A stretch of 64,000 bases of DNA from Lepidodermella squamata (Eukaryota; Animalia; Gastrotricha), in assembly GCA_047495785.1 (NCBI GenBank), contig JBLDXI010000064.1, forward strand, positions 310,001 to 374,000, given 5' to 3'. Position numbers and translations under genes: made by a program. Below, one piece after another: positions 40,784 through 52,505 of this stretch (its first letter is position 1; each line of letters starts with the position of its first letter). The notes under the pieces are model-generated. The model was given only the letters and a program-made list of their open reading frames with translations, made no database searches and was not told the DNA's origin.

Positions 40784-42016
40784 ATGCGATTGAACGCCAG
40801 CGAAGTGATCCAAGGATCATGGCTGATAGTCCAGATTCCGAATTTGGGCTTCGACTACCCAAGGCCGTACTTCATAGGGTGGTACCACGACTTAGGGGCG
40901 ACTACGATTCCCTCGCGACTGCCTTACACCCTACCCTTCGCACTGATAACTATTTCGATAACAATCGCCTCGGTATTCAATGTTGTGAATTCTCGAAAAC
41001 ATGGCGTGAAAAAGGACATTATGATTCTGTGGAGCTTGATGTGCGTTCGAGACATTACTTTCGCCCTAGCTGTATCACTACCGATTTTCCTTACACTCTA
41101 CGACAACTCCTGGCCACTAGGTGATGCCGGTTGTGCCGTTAACATGTGGATTATGATGGCTTCAGGGTCCTATGGAAATATTCTCGAAATGCTGGTCAGC
41201 TACGAGCGAAGGCTGCGAGTTCTATCAGAGAATCCTTATAGGAAGACCAATACGAAAAAGGTGAGTTTTATAGTAGAGATTTCATCGAAATCCATGTTCA
41301 ATTTCTTTCAACAGATTGTTGTACTCGCAATTCTACTTTTCATCATAGCCGGATCGTCAGTTTTGCCTCTGGTTGCGTATCCTTTCCAGATCTACGCAGT
41401 TTACCCAATCTCTTACCTCGTAGTAGGGAACAAAACCGAGACTAAGAATTTTTGTGGCAATTTCGAACATCGATTGATTGGCCCAGTCGACACAGCCCTT
41501 CTTCTTTGCTTGTACTACAGCTTGTGGGTCTTGATTACAGTGGCTTTCTCAACCTTGAACTACTACGCCCTAGCTCGTGGCATAGGCAAAGTTGGTGCTA
41601 GTACCACAGCTGGAACCACTGTGTCGAACAACACTCTAGCGACCATAGTGTCGAATAGAGCTAAGAAAACAGTTCGATTTCTCGAGGTTTACTACGCTAA
41701 ACAGAGCTTGATTACATTTCTAGTTTTCATGCTACTCTACCTGCCGTGTTTTGCGTGTTTCCTCTGCCAGATCTTCTACTTCAATTTCGGCACGAAATAC
41801 GCGACTGGCTGGCTTAACAAAGTTGGAATGTTCATGATTCTAGTTCAGGTCTTACTAGCTTCGATCTTGCGAAGTGTTAAACCTGGCGCTGTCGGCGAAT
41901 TTCTCGATATAATCAGGAAATTATGCCGAAAACCAGCCGTTTATGAGAACATAAAAATGCAAGGTGGCTCGATTGGAACTGTAACTCAACGTGGTGTGAG
42001 ACCGAGCCTAACTTGA
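40784..42016 (+). CDS. Orphan class-A (rhodopsin-like) GPCR 1; intron 41261-41314
   Basis: Seven hydrophobic segments, WPLGDAGC, YERR at the DRY position, ECL2 Cys, LLYLP in TM6. The GT-AG intron position is shared with paralogs. Confidence 0.88.
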   Translation: MRLNASEVIQGSWLIVQIPNLGFDYPRPYFIGWYHDLGATTIPSRLPYTLPFALITISITIASVFNVVNSRKHGVKKDIMILWSLMCVRDITFALAVSLPIFLTLYDNSWPLGDAGCAVNMWIMMASGSYGNILEMLVSYERRLRVLSENPYRKTNTKKVSFIVEISSKSMFNFFQQIVVLAILLFIIAGSSVLPLVAYPFQIYAVYPISYLVVGNKTETKNFCGNFEHRLIGPVDTALLLCLYYSLWVLITVAFSTLNYYALARGIGKVGASTTAGTTVSNNTLATIVSNRAKKTVRFLEVYYAKQSLITFLVFMLLYLPCFACFLCQIFYFNFGTKYATGWLNKVGMFMILVQVLLASILRSVKPGAVGEFLDIIRKLCRKPAVYENIKMQGGSIGTVTQRGVRPSLT

Positions 42017-42666
42017 AGCCTAGCTCAAAAAGGATTCATGTTTTAGACAATGTAAATATCTAGTTAAAATCTAAATGTGATGCGTCAGTTTTTCAAGATG
42101 AAAAATGAAAAATGACAAAAAGTCATGAGATGAGAATTTTTCCCAAGATCTACCTACAAATCTACGAATGAAATCCGTTTTAGCCGAAGGCATCGAACCT
42201 CAACAATGCTAATGGGAATTCGGTTGATTATGCGCCTGTTTCTGAAACTTGGCACTTGACCGAACAACTTGCTACTTGGAACTTGTCAGTTTTTGTTTTT
42301 GAGATCAAATGCAGCCAGTGGTCCGACTCGGCCCAGCTCTCAGTGAGGTAAATCGCGCATTTTGAAGGAAACAATTACAAATCATAAGGGGAACCGCCGC
42401 ATTTTGCAGTGCATGGCAAGCGATTTTGGTCCATCTTCACAGTGATTTGGGCTATTTGATTGAAGGAAAAGGAAAGGATGAAAGATACAGAATGCTATGC
42501 TGCTTTTTAAAACAGGTCATGTGGTTTTGTGTATTCTCATAATATTACTAAAAAAGGAAAAAACGCGGGAGAAAACTTAATACAAGAACAAATTGCATTA
42601 GACGCAAGCTACACAAAAATGTGTTTCTATTAAGCTGTAGCTCAGCTTTGCTTGTAAAATTTAACA

Positions 42667-44560
42667 ATGCGCCATCACACGGCAACTATTACAACCGTTT
42701 TTCTTCGTTTGGTGTTCGGAGTAGCAGATGCTCAAGATCTCGAATGTGGGACTGTGAACCCCACTGCTATTGCGAAATCAAGAGGCCCTGGCAATCACCC
42801 ACATGACTACCCATGGCTGGTTAGTTAATTTGATAATTTATCTTTGAATAGAAACAGGATGTTTGTGCAAGGTCTTCCTGGAAATTAATAACAGCCGCGA
42901 AACGTCAACATTATATTGCGGAGCTTCTCTCATACCGAGGCAATGGCTGATAATGCTGGAGAGACTCCAATCTTGTAATTTTCTCCATTTCCGCTATTTG
43001 ATTGTCCATGCTTGCTTTCCACAGGATCAAAGTTCGGCATAACGTCAGTGTTCGTGCGAAGACAGCGTCATACGAATCTTTTGTTTCTCCACCGCCTCTG
43101 GTTCATCCAATTTACAACGGACAACGGCAGTCAGCATTTCTACGACTATGATTTCGCTCTGTTGCGATTGACGACCCCAGCTCATCGATTCTCGCAGCAG
43201 ATTCTCGCTCAAATGCAACCCTGGATATAGTTACTACACATCAGTCAATATGGCCGCGTGCATGCCTATATTTAGACCTTCAAAAATTTGAAGATGTACC
43301 CTAGTAGGTAAGGAAAATCTCAAAAATATGCCCGATTCAGCGAATATCATCTCTAACTATTTAGGCTGTGGTACCGTTCCAGCAATTCAAAACGGCAACG
43401 TATCTCCTGGTATGTCGAGTATCGGAGTTACCCGGAGCATATCATGCAACCAACGTTTTGTGCTTCGTGGAAATGCTTCCATATTTTGCCTCTCGAACTT
43501 GACGTGTTCCCAGTCTGGTCAGACAACGAAGTCAGACAACGAAGACCTGTGAGTTTCTACATTTATGACTAACACCAACAAGAATAGGTAAGCTTAATAT
43601 TCCCTTCCTTCGGAGGAGCTTTTAGTACACTTCCTGCTTGAAGAAATCACCAAAAAACCACATGAGGACCCTCTGGTCAAATATATTCAGGTCTGAAATC
43701 ACCCGTAATTACCCTCAGCTCGAGTACCCTACTTTGTACTTTGTACACTGACTCGGATTATATTTCGTGGCTGTTAGAAATAATAATGTCACCTACATTC
43801 TTGGAAACGGCAAGTATCAAGTATTATCCCAATTGCAAACTAAAATCTGTTAGCGACTGTTTGCAAAATCCGTAGTTTTCTCCATGGCTCTCCTTGAACT
43901 ACTGATGTCTGATGTCTGTTTACTGTTTATATAGATTCGTGAAATGCACGAGCAGTTGTGGAATGTGACAGCCTTTACAGATGGCGAGGCGCAGGGCGCA
44001 GGTGCGGCGGCTCGTTGCTGAGATCGACGACACCATTGGCGGCACGTTCGACCCGAACTGCCGCAACCCCGATGAGTTCAGCTGTAGTAATTTTTCATAA
44101 TTCAATGAAAAATGGCACCCTGCTACACAGTGCGACGTGCAATCAGACCAGGTATTGCAAATTGCTCATCTGCTCGTAAACCGTGGAGCTGATGTGAATT
44201 ACAAGGAGGAATATGGCATGACGGCGTTAATGCTTGCGGCTTGGAATGGACAAGTCAATTTAGTTGGACAGTTGCTGGATCACAGCGCTGCAATCGACGC
44301 TAAGGATAAAAGTGGCTTGACGGCGTTGATAATGACGGCTAGTAGTGGGCAAGTCGAGTTAGTTCGATTGTTGCTCTGTCGAAATGCTGCCATCGGCCAT
44401 CAAGGCCAAAGATATCGGTGGCAATATCGGAGGTACAAATAAGGATGCCACAAATTCAGATGGCATGACAGCTCTTGATATTGCTATTTGTTCTAACAAA
44501 ACCGCTGCGGCCGATTTGCTGAGGTCGCGAGAAGCAAGTCGAGCGAAGTCATCGTGTTGA
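42667..44560 (+). pseudogene. Decayed trypsin-CCP-ankyrin gene
   Basis: Remnants ECGTV...HDYPWL, YCGASLI, DYDFALLRL, a CCP exon (~43364-43548) and the ankyrin exon (~43935-44560). Frameshifts; the GDSGGP exon is missing. Confidence 0.85.
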
Positions 44561-44601
44561 TATCAGCGGAATCACGGAGATTTATCATCTTTTATTTATT
44601 A

Positions 44602-45531
44602 CCGTCATTTGGGGTAATCTGGGTCATTGGGGCTATTCGGACGAATGTTCATGCAAACAGGAGAATGAGCATGGCTCCAAAACTACCCGGCCGTTAGCAA
44701 TGAAATTTTGCACGGAGTTAGGTGGGAAGACGACCCACATACCGTAAAAATTTCATGATCTGAGAGTAAGTGGTTGTGAAGATATGGGCTTACCTTTCAG
44801 GTGTAAGTTTAAATCAGTTTAAGCACTGTTCTGCGTTGAATTACCTGGACCCGAAGATAATTTTGCTGGACCTGCGCCCAATTTTTCCTGAATCTACAGA
44901 CGCCAGGGCACCCATGAAAATTAAAAACGCCCCGATCCGACTCGTACTTTTGTCTAATTAATTGCGTCCTTTTAGCCCCACGAAAAAATGATGTTGTGGG
45001 GCTATTCGGTCTGCCATTTGAATATGCTAATGAACTGCGTTGTTCAAACGTTCCTGGCTGATTAAAGCGGACTTTTACTTCATTTACAATTTAATTTTTG
45101 AATAAGCTGGAAAGACTGCAAAATACTAGTTTATTGGCCTACGACATTGCCATTTAATTAATTACGACTAAAATTGACAAATAATTCAACTAAAAATCAG
45201 TGTTTTAGTTTGCTCAAATTCTTGGGCATAAAAATAATAATAAAAAAATTTTGCGGAAAAAAATTGCTCCGCGGCGTGGACTCGAACCCTCGTTTCGTAC
45301 TTTGCTATGCTTTCTAAAAGCACATCTAAAGCCACTCGACCACTGAACACAGCATATTAGTAACATTTATTTAATTATCATTAATAGCCCCACACCTGTC
45401 CGAATAGCCCCATCCGTGGGGCTATTCGGAATCCTGGTTCCATTGGAATCAGGACCTTCTGAAACGTGTAAAAATGCAAAAAAAATCAGGGGGTAATTTT
45501 TTTTCGCCGTCCGGATAGCCCCAACTGACGG
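44602..45531. mobile_element. TA-flanked MITE (Tc1/mariner/pogo-like), 930 bp
   Basis: Imperfect TIR CCGTCA[T/G]TTGGGG..., TA on both sides, repeated GGGGCTATTCGG motifs. Confidence 0.8.
45266..45348 (-). other. tRNA-derived (Leu-like) pseudo-sequence inside the MITE
   Basis: A-box TGGTCGAGTGG, B-box GGTTCGAGTCC, stem-loop with TAG; the acceptor stem does not pair. Confidence 0.45.
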
Positions 45532-46930
45532 TATCTCTGAGATTTATCTCTGAATGTTACCGAGTGCAAACTATGATGTTATCCTTCCCCTTCACTCTCA
45601 ATCAGTGTCTGTGCCGATTTTGTGCTGTTGTTACCGATACTGATGATTTTCGCGAAAATGCAAGATAACCGCACAGTAAACGAAAAATATCATGCATTTC
45701 TTTGTGAGTAATTGTAACTCGAGTTTCAAATTTGAGATGAAAAATGAGTGAGTCCTTCTCGACTTTTTTCCCGCGAATTCATGCATCGTGCACTGCGCAA
45801 ACTTCAGAAGCCTGTTGCTGGCAAGTTTGGCTGGGCATCCAACGGGGGACTGATGAAAAGGTGGGTTGAAGATACCTCAATTGATCTTGGACCTCAATTG
45901 GCTACACAGACCAATCTTGCATGGTCTGACCAAAATGAAGGCTCGATTATTTCGATGAATCGTGGTGACAAAGCTGGTCCTATGCGAGATGCGTGCTGGT
46001 ATGGATGCCGAATGCCGAACCTGGGGCAAGACAGCTTGAGTGGGATTTATAGTATGAGATAATATATTTCGAAAAGGGAGAAATGCTTTCTGCCACCAAA
46101 TATGAAAATCCAAAAATTGTCATTAAATTGAGGTTTCTTGCCACCAAATTGGTCTTTATTCCACCAAAACAAGGCTTACCACCAATTTAGGGTTTCTTGT
46201 CACCAATTAGTGTAATATAACGCGCTGTCCAACTTAACCTCCTCATCTCTTCGCCATTTAGAAAGATAATTGCGCGCAAATTCGCACAGCCCTGAAGTTC
46301 TACGCTGATTCAGAGTATCTAATTTGTATTCAACTGCCCAGCTTTAAAAATGAAATTTTAAATTGAAATTTACACATACTCTATTGAAACATTTTTTGCG
46401 CTTCGCCGTAAAAGAATTAACGTCAAATACAGACTCTAGCGACCAGTAATTTGTAGTTTCAATAACTCTAATCTTATTTGAATGCGGTGTTACACTGCCT
46501 TCTGTAGAATGAATGCCAAATCGAAATTGAGAGGAATTTATGTAATGAGGAAATTCCTCTCATAATTATCATAAGGTGACATTTGACCCTAATTATCTCT
46601 AACAACACTTTTTTATCATAAACAACGCAGCTGCGGCGTCCTAGCTACGTCTCACGCTGTCAATAACATTCAGGAAGATTGTGCGTCATGAGCAAACTGC
46701 CATATTTGATTATCCTTGATGTGGACACTGCAAAAATGTACCCAATGTATGAAAGGCGAATGTCCTTTAGTTACATGCTAGGAGTGTCGATGATGTAAAG
46801 GGATTGACTGTCGTATCGACGCTGATCGAATACACACTCATCCTGTTTAAGTTTCAATCAGCCCTGAAAGCAGGTGCGAGTGCTCGTCTGTCGCAGTCCG
46901 GTCCGTGTTTATTTCTTTCCTGCTGTAAAG

Positions 46931-48133
46931 ATGCCATTAAACGCAACTGAAGTCATCCAAGGATCATGGCTGATAGTCCAGATTCCGCATTTGGGCTTCG
47001 ACTACCCAAGGCCTTACTTCATTGGGTGGTACCACGACTTAGGGGCGAATACGATACCCGCACGACTGCCCTACACCCTACCATTTGCACTGATTACCAT
47101 ATCAATAACAATCGCCTCGGTATTCAATGTTGTGAATTCGCGAAGAAATGGCGTCAAAAAGGATATAATGATCCTATGGACGTTGATGTGTATTCGAGAC
47201 ATCACTTTCGCCCTGGCTGTTTCTCTTCCGATTTTCCTTACTCTTTACGACAATTCATGGCCACTGGGTGATGCAGGATGTGCTGTTAACATGTGGATCA
47301 TGATGGCATCGGGTTCCTATGGAAATATCCTCGAAATGCTGGTCAGTTACGAGCGAAGGCTGAGAGTTTTATCAGAAAATCCTTATAGGAAAACTAACTC
47401 GAACAGAGTTAGTTTCATAGAAAACATCTCATCGAAATCCATTTACAATTTCTCTCAACAGATTGTTGTACTCGCAATTCTACTTTTCATCATAGCCGGA
47501 TCATCAGTTTTGCCACTAGTTGCGTATCCCTTCCAGATCTACGCCGTTTATCCGATATCATACTACGGGATCGGAAACAAAACAGAAACTAAGAATTTCT
47601 GTGGAAATTTCGAGCATCGTTTGATCGGCCCAGTCGATACAGCCCTATTGCTCTGCTTGTATTACAGCTTGTGGGTCTTGATCACAGTAGCCTTCTCAAC
47701 CTTGAACTATTACGCCCTAGCTCGCGGCATCGGCAAAGCTGGTAACACCGCTGGAATAGTGTCGAATAGAGCTAAGAAAACAGTTCGATTTCTCGAGTTT
47801 TACTACGCTAAACAGAGCTTGATTACATTCCTAGTCTTCATGCTACTCTACCTGCCCTGCTTCGCGTGTTTCCTCTGCCAGATCTTCTACTTCAATTTCG
47901 GCACGAAATACGCGACTGGATGGCTGAACAAAGTCGGAATGTTTATGATCCTAGTTCAAGTCTTACTAGCTTCGATCTTGCGAAGTGTCAAACCTGGCAC
48001 GGTTGGCGAGTTTGCCGATAAATTCAGAAAATTGTGCCGGAAGCCAGCGGTATATGAGAATATAAAAATGCAAGGCGGCTCTGTACTGAACGGAACTTCA
48101 ACTCAACGTGGTGTGAGAGCGAGCCCAACGTAA
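46931..48133 (+). CDS. Orphan class-A GPCR 2; intron 47408-47461
   Basis: Close paralog of GPCR 1; ATG at 46931 (MPLNATEVIQG). Confidence 0.88.
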   Translation: MPLNATEVIQGSWLIVQIPHLGFDYPRPYFIGWYHDLGANTIPARLPYTLPFALITISITIASVFNVVNSRRNGVKKDIMILWTLMCIRDITFALAVSLPIFLTLYDNSWPLGDAGCAVNMWIMMASGSYGNILEMLVSYERRLRVLSENPYRKTNSNRVSFIENISSKSIYNFSQQIVVLAILLFIIAGSSVLPLVAYPFQIYAVYPISYYGIGNKTETKNFCGNFEHRLIGPVDTALLLCLYYSLWVLITVAFSTLNYYALARGIGKAGNTAGIVSNRAKKTVRFLEFYYAKQSLITFLVFMLLYLPCFACFLCQIFYFNFGTKYATGWLNKVGMFMILVQVLLASILRSVKPGTVGEFADKFRKLCRKPAVYENIKMQGGSVLNGTSTQRGVRASPT

Positions 48134-48870
48134 AGCAAAAGGCATTCAATTTTGCAGACAAAAGGGTTTGTTTCACTCTCTACCTAGCTTTGTTACAATG
48201 AAAATTGTAATGCATCATTCTTTGTACATGAAAAATGAAAAAATGCAAGCCTCGAGATGAAAAGTGCGAATAAGTCTATGTTTTCTGAGATGAACTTACG
48301 AAAATAAGATGCCCACGATATAGCGGGGAAGATATCGAACCTCCACAATGTACACTTAATGCCATTGAGAATGCGCCTGATGTTTTTGCCACTTGGCACT
48401 TAAGAATAATTCTGAATTCTGAAACAAATTAATAATTAATACTCCGTAAATTAGACTCTTTTATTCTTCTATCTTTAAAATTATTTTGCAACGTTTCGAC
48501 GTTATTCTCAACGTCATCTTCAGGCATCTATCAAGACAAAACAAATAACAATTAAAAGTAGAAGTCATCAACAAAGGTCTGTTAGATATAAATAAGAATC
48601 CTAATAAGAATTTTAAAGATAGAAGAATAAAAGCGCTTTCAATAAAGTTATGCCTTATTAATCGAAACATGCAAATTAGACTCTGCATTACAAATTAATA
48701 TAGAGTCCGTGGCCATCAGCTTGCCCGTTTTTGAGATATATGGTAAAATGAAAAAATTCAGCCAGTGTAGAAAATCGAGTATTTTCAGACAAACAATTAC
48801 AAATCAGGCATTGAACCCTCAAGTCTTTCGCAATGTTTGTAAAGTTTCGAAGGCGAGGTGGTCGTTCAGT

Positions 48871-48964
48871 AACTCGGATTTAGTAAATAAATGACTGCTT
48901 ACTTGTCATCTTTCATCTTTCATCTTTCCTTGCCGTAAACCGTTATCGCATAAAAATCCGCGTT
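48871..48964. mobile_element. Short MITE-like element, copy 2
   Basis: AACTCGGATTTA...TTACTTGTCAT...AAATCCGCGTT, matching 18719-18863. Confidence 0.5.
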
Positions 48965-49679
48965 GTTCCAACGAAGCTAACGAATAAATATGTGAGCAAG
49001 TCTGCAAACAAATGGAAAGAAAATCTTGCCCTCCTTTGACATTGTCTTTCCATTCCTTTAATTGATTTTTCGATTCCATAGATATAACTAAGAAATGTTG
49101 AAGATTTGAATTTAAATGATTAATTCAAAATATTTACGATTAAGATTAACTTACAAAATGTAATCAAACCATAGGATCAAACCATCAATGTAATCACTGA
49201 TTTGACGATACCTAATCCTATTACTCAGGCGCGAATGTGGTAATACGATCCGGAGTGTGGGAGTAACAAAGTGAATCATAGCACGCAATAATCCTCCCAT
49301 GTCACGAACCCAGTTATCGAAATACCGTGTTGATTTGATTACTATATAAATTTAGCATGAACCTCAAAGGCAGAATCTCAAACACAGCAGCTAATGAGCC
49401 GCCCATTAGCTGCTCGCGTGTGATATCCATCAATATCTAGCTAATTCATGTCCTTGGTCACTTTAGCCCCGTGACTTGTACCGTGCGCTTCAAACCATTG
49501 AAAACATATATGAAATCGCTAGGAAATATGGACGAGGGTGTCTCTGGGCAACCTACACCGACACGATATTCGTGCCATGATCCGAGCACGATTGAAGGAC
49601 TCGACCATCTTAAAACCTATATATATAATCCGCAGAGGGAGTTCAGATTGTCACAAACAAGAATTATCAAAAGTCGAAA

Positions 49680-50955
49680 ATGACAGTTTTCAACGCAAGT
49701 GAAGTCATCCAAGGGTCATGGCTGATAGTCCAGATTCCGCATTTGGGCTTCGACTACCCAAGGCCCTACTTCATCGGCTGGTACCACGATCTCGGAGCCA
49801 CCACGATACCCGCACGACTGCCATACACCCTGCCCTTCGCAGTCATAACAATCTCGATAACAATCGCCTCGATATTCAACGTGGTCAGCTCGCGGAAAAA
49901 TGGCGTCAAAAAGGATATAATGATTCTATGGAGCTTGATGTGTGTTCGAGACATCACTTTCGCCCTGGCTGTTTCTCTTCCGATTTTCCTTACTCTCTAC
50001 GACAATTCATGGCCGCTGGGTGATGCAGGATGTGCAGTTAACATGTGGATCATGATGGCATCTGGATCCTATGGAAATATCCTTGACATGCTGGTCAGCT
50101 ACGAGCGAAGGCTGCGAGTTCTATCGGAGAATCCCTATAGGAAGACCAATACGAAAAAAGTAGGTTGAAATGCAGCAAGACTGATTTAGGCTTAATTATG
50201 CCATATTTTAGATTGTTATACTAGCAATACTGCTATTCTTCTTGGCTGGTTCATCTGTCCTTCCTCTGGTCGCTTATCCATTTCAAATCTATTCAGTTTA
50301 CTCGATTTCTTTTTCAATCGACGGAAACGTATCTGAAACGAAAAATTTCTGTGGCAATTTCGAACATCACTTGATTGGTCCAGTCGACACAGCTTTACTT
50401 CTTTGCTTGTACTACAGCCTATGGGTCTTGATAACCGTAGTTTTCTCGACGATGAACTACTACGCCCTGGCTCGTGGTATTGGCAAGGTTGGAGCTGGGA
50501 CTACGGCGTCCAACAGCTCGAAAACTGCGTCGAGCAAACCAATCTCCACGATATCGACCAATAAAAACAAGAGAAATGTCAAATTGCTCGAGGTTTACTA
50601 CGCTAAACAGAGCTTGATCACATTTCTAGTATTCATGCTACTCTACCTGCCCTGCTTCGCGTGTTTCCTCTGCCAGATTTTCTACTTCAATTTCGGCACG
50701 AAATACGCGACCGGTTGGTTAAACAAAGTCGGAATGTTTATGATCCTAGTTCAAGTCTTACTAGCTTCGATCTTACGCAGTGTTAAACCTGGAACGATTG
50801 GGAACGTGTTAGAAAAACTGAACCGACTCATCCGGAGATCCACTATCAATTATTCGAAGGCATCTGGTGAGGGCGTGATTTGCAGCACGCAACCTTCACC
50901 TGTTGTTCAAAAAGCTAGGCTCGGAGTGCCCCGAAACCGAGTTGAAACATTATAA
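49680..50955 (+). CDS. Orphan class-A GPCR 3; intron 50160-50211
   Basis: ORFs 49680 and 50242 join through a 52-nt GT-AG intron at the homologous position. Confidence 0.88.
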
Positions 50956-51500
50956 ATACTTTGGCAAATTTCAACTATTTAGCGTCCTCTGAATTTAGTC
51001 AATTCATGATGTAATAAATGACAGATCATAAGGAAAAAATTCGTCGACAATGTAACAGCTCGTGTCACCCCAGCTGTTGTATTCAAAACCTACTGGAAAT
51101 AAATTATTTCCTCCTCAACATGTCGGCAGAGCTTTGTATATGATTTGATTTAGTCCCGTAAAAATGGGGCAATGATTCATTTTGATTGCTTGTAGGCGAT
51201 CCGTGATTCAGGCCGTAAATTAAATCAAATAGAAGAAGGTGGCACTGGTGTATGACACAGAGCCACACAAGATAAAAGTGCTCATGTTCCAAAGAATTCC
51301 CTTATCAAAATGAGTAGCATTTTAATGGTTAAAATTGGAAATGATTCGCATTACATGACGAGATAAGCATTAGTAGACAAGATATATAATGATTACCACG
51401 GAAATTTGCTAATCCTGATTCATCTTAAAAAACATATTTATTAAAAAGAAAATGATATGCTAGATTTGCCATTTGCACATTTTCCCGAATTACGTTCAAC

Positions 51501-51992
51501 ATGACGTCTCTTTGTTTGTGGAACAAAAGATGCTTCAATATCGATACCTGCATGCGCAAACACGAAGTCGGTGTATGCAAAGAGCCAAAATCATGTCTCG
51601 TGTATAATTGCGAAATGAGGCATTACTATTATCGAACGAAGCCATCTGCCGGGGCTCCATCAGTAGTGCCTTCAGCACAGCAACCAAGGCAAACTGAAGA
51701 CGGAGCATCTAATGGCATGAACATTGAAAATGAGCCTTCGAACAACCCGGACATTGCTCCTAATGGAAATGTTCCACCGGCTCCAATACTGCAATCTTCA
51801 GAAAAACAAAAACCGCTATCTGCGTATTTCTTTCAAGTTGAATTTTCCATTGGATACTCTGGTCCTCCTCTTCAAGCGCAAAATATGTATCAAAACGGAC
51901 CGATTCTTTCTATCAACCCGGCTTCATTTGGCCAACCGGGGCCTCCGCCACCTCCCGTCGCACAACAGCTATTGAGTCGTCCAGATTGCTGA
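51501..51992 (+). CDS. Small protein with two CCCH zinc-finger-like motifs and a P/Q/N-rich tail
   Basis: C-x5-C-x5-C-x3-H and C-x5-C-x4-C-x3-H (Nab2/ZC3H14-type spacing) directly after the ATG. Confidence 0.55.
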   Translation: MTSLCLWNKRCFNIDTCMRKHEVGVCKEPKSCLVYNCEMRHYYYRTKPSAGAPSVVPSAQQPRQTEDGASNGMNIENEPSNNPDIAPNGNVPPAPILQSSEKQKPLSAYFFQVEFSIGYSGPPLQAQNMYQNGPILSINPASFGQPGPPPPPVAQQLLSRPDC

Positions 51993-52195
51993 TTATCACA
52001 TTCATTGGATGACAGTCGATAATCTTTATACTTCATATGATGATAACTGTTAAAAATGTATGGTAAAAGCAAGTTTTCGATTTTGCAAGATTGTTTTCAT
52101 GTAAGAAAAAAGTAATATTTTGCGTTAGAAAAATGAGCGATTTTTTCAATAAAACTTATTATTTCGGGGTACTGAAAACATTTGTGAGAAAATTG

Positions 52196-52450
52196 TCACT
52201 TTAATTTCGGCACGAAATACACAACAGGCTGGCTGACCCAAGTTGGAATGTTCATGATTCATGCTCAAGTTTTACCAACTTCCATTTAACGCTGAAACGT
52301 AAAAATAAATCGACAAAAACTCAGGAGGGTCATTTGCAAATCTGTGATCAGTTATTTAAAGACATCCGTCCTTATAGTACGCCCTATTTACCTGGTAGAG
52401 CTAGGCTCTAGGCTCGATCTGCTTTAGAACCGGGTTAAATTATTATGATT
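52196..52450 (+). pseudogene. GPCR TM7/C-tail fragment
   Basis: FNFGTKYTTGWLTQVGMFMI, homologous to ~50685-50955, followed by a stop and indels. Confidence 0.8.
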
Positions 52451-52505
52451 TGATTCCACGGATTGGAGCATTAAATGTTAATGTTAATGTTAATTTTTCG
52501 ATAAA

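Noticed and set aside
45748-46062. 104-aa ORF
   Set aside because: GTG start, no recognisable motif and no supporting exon chain.
46088-46210. Five CACCAA-containing repeats
   Set aside because: Degenerate, with no defined ends; probably an old repeat fragment.
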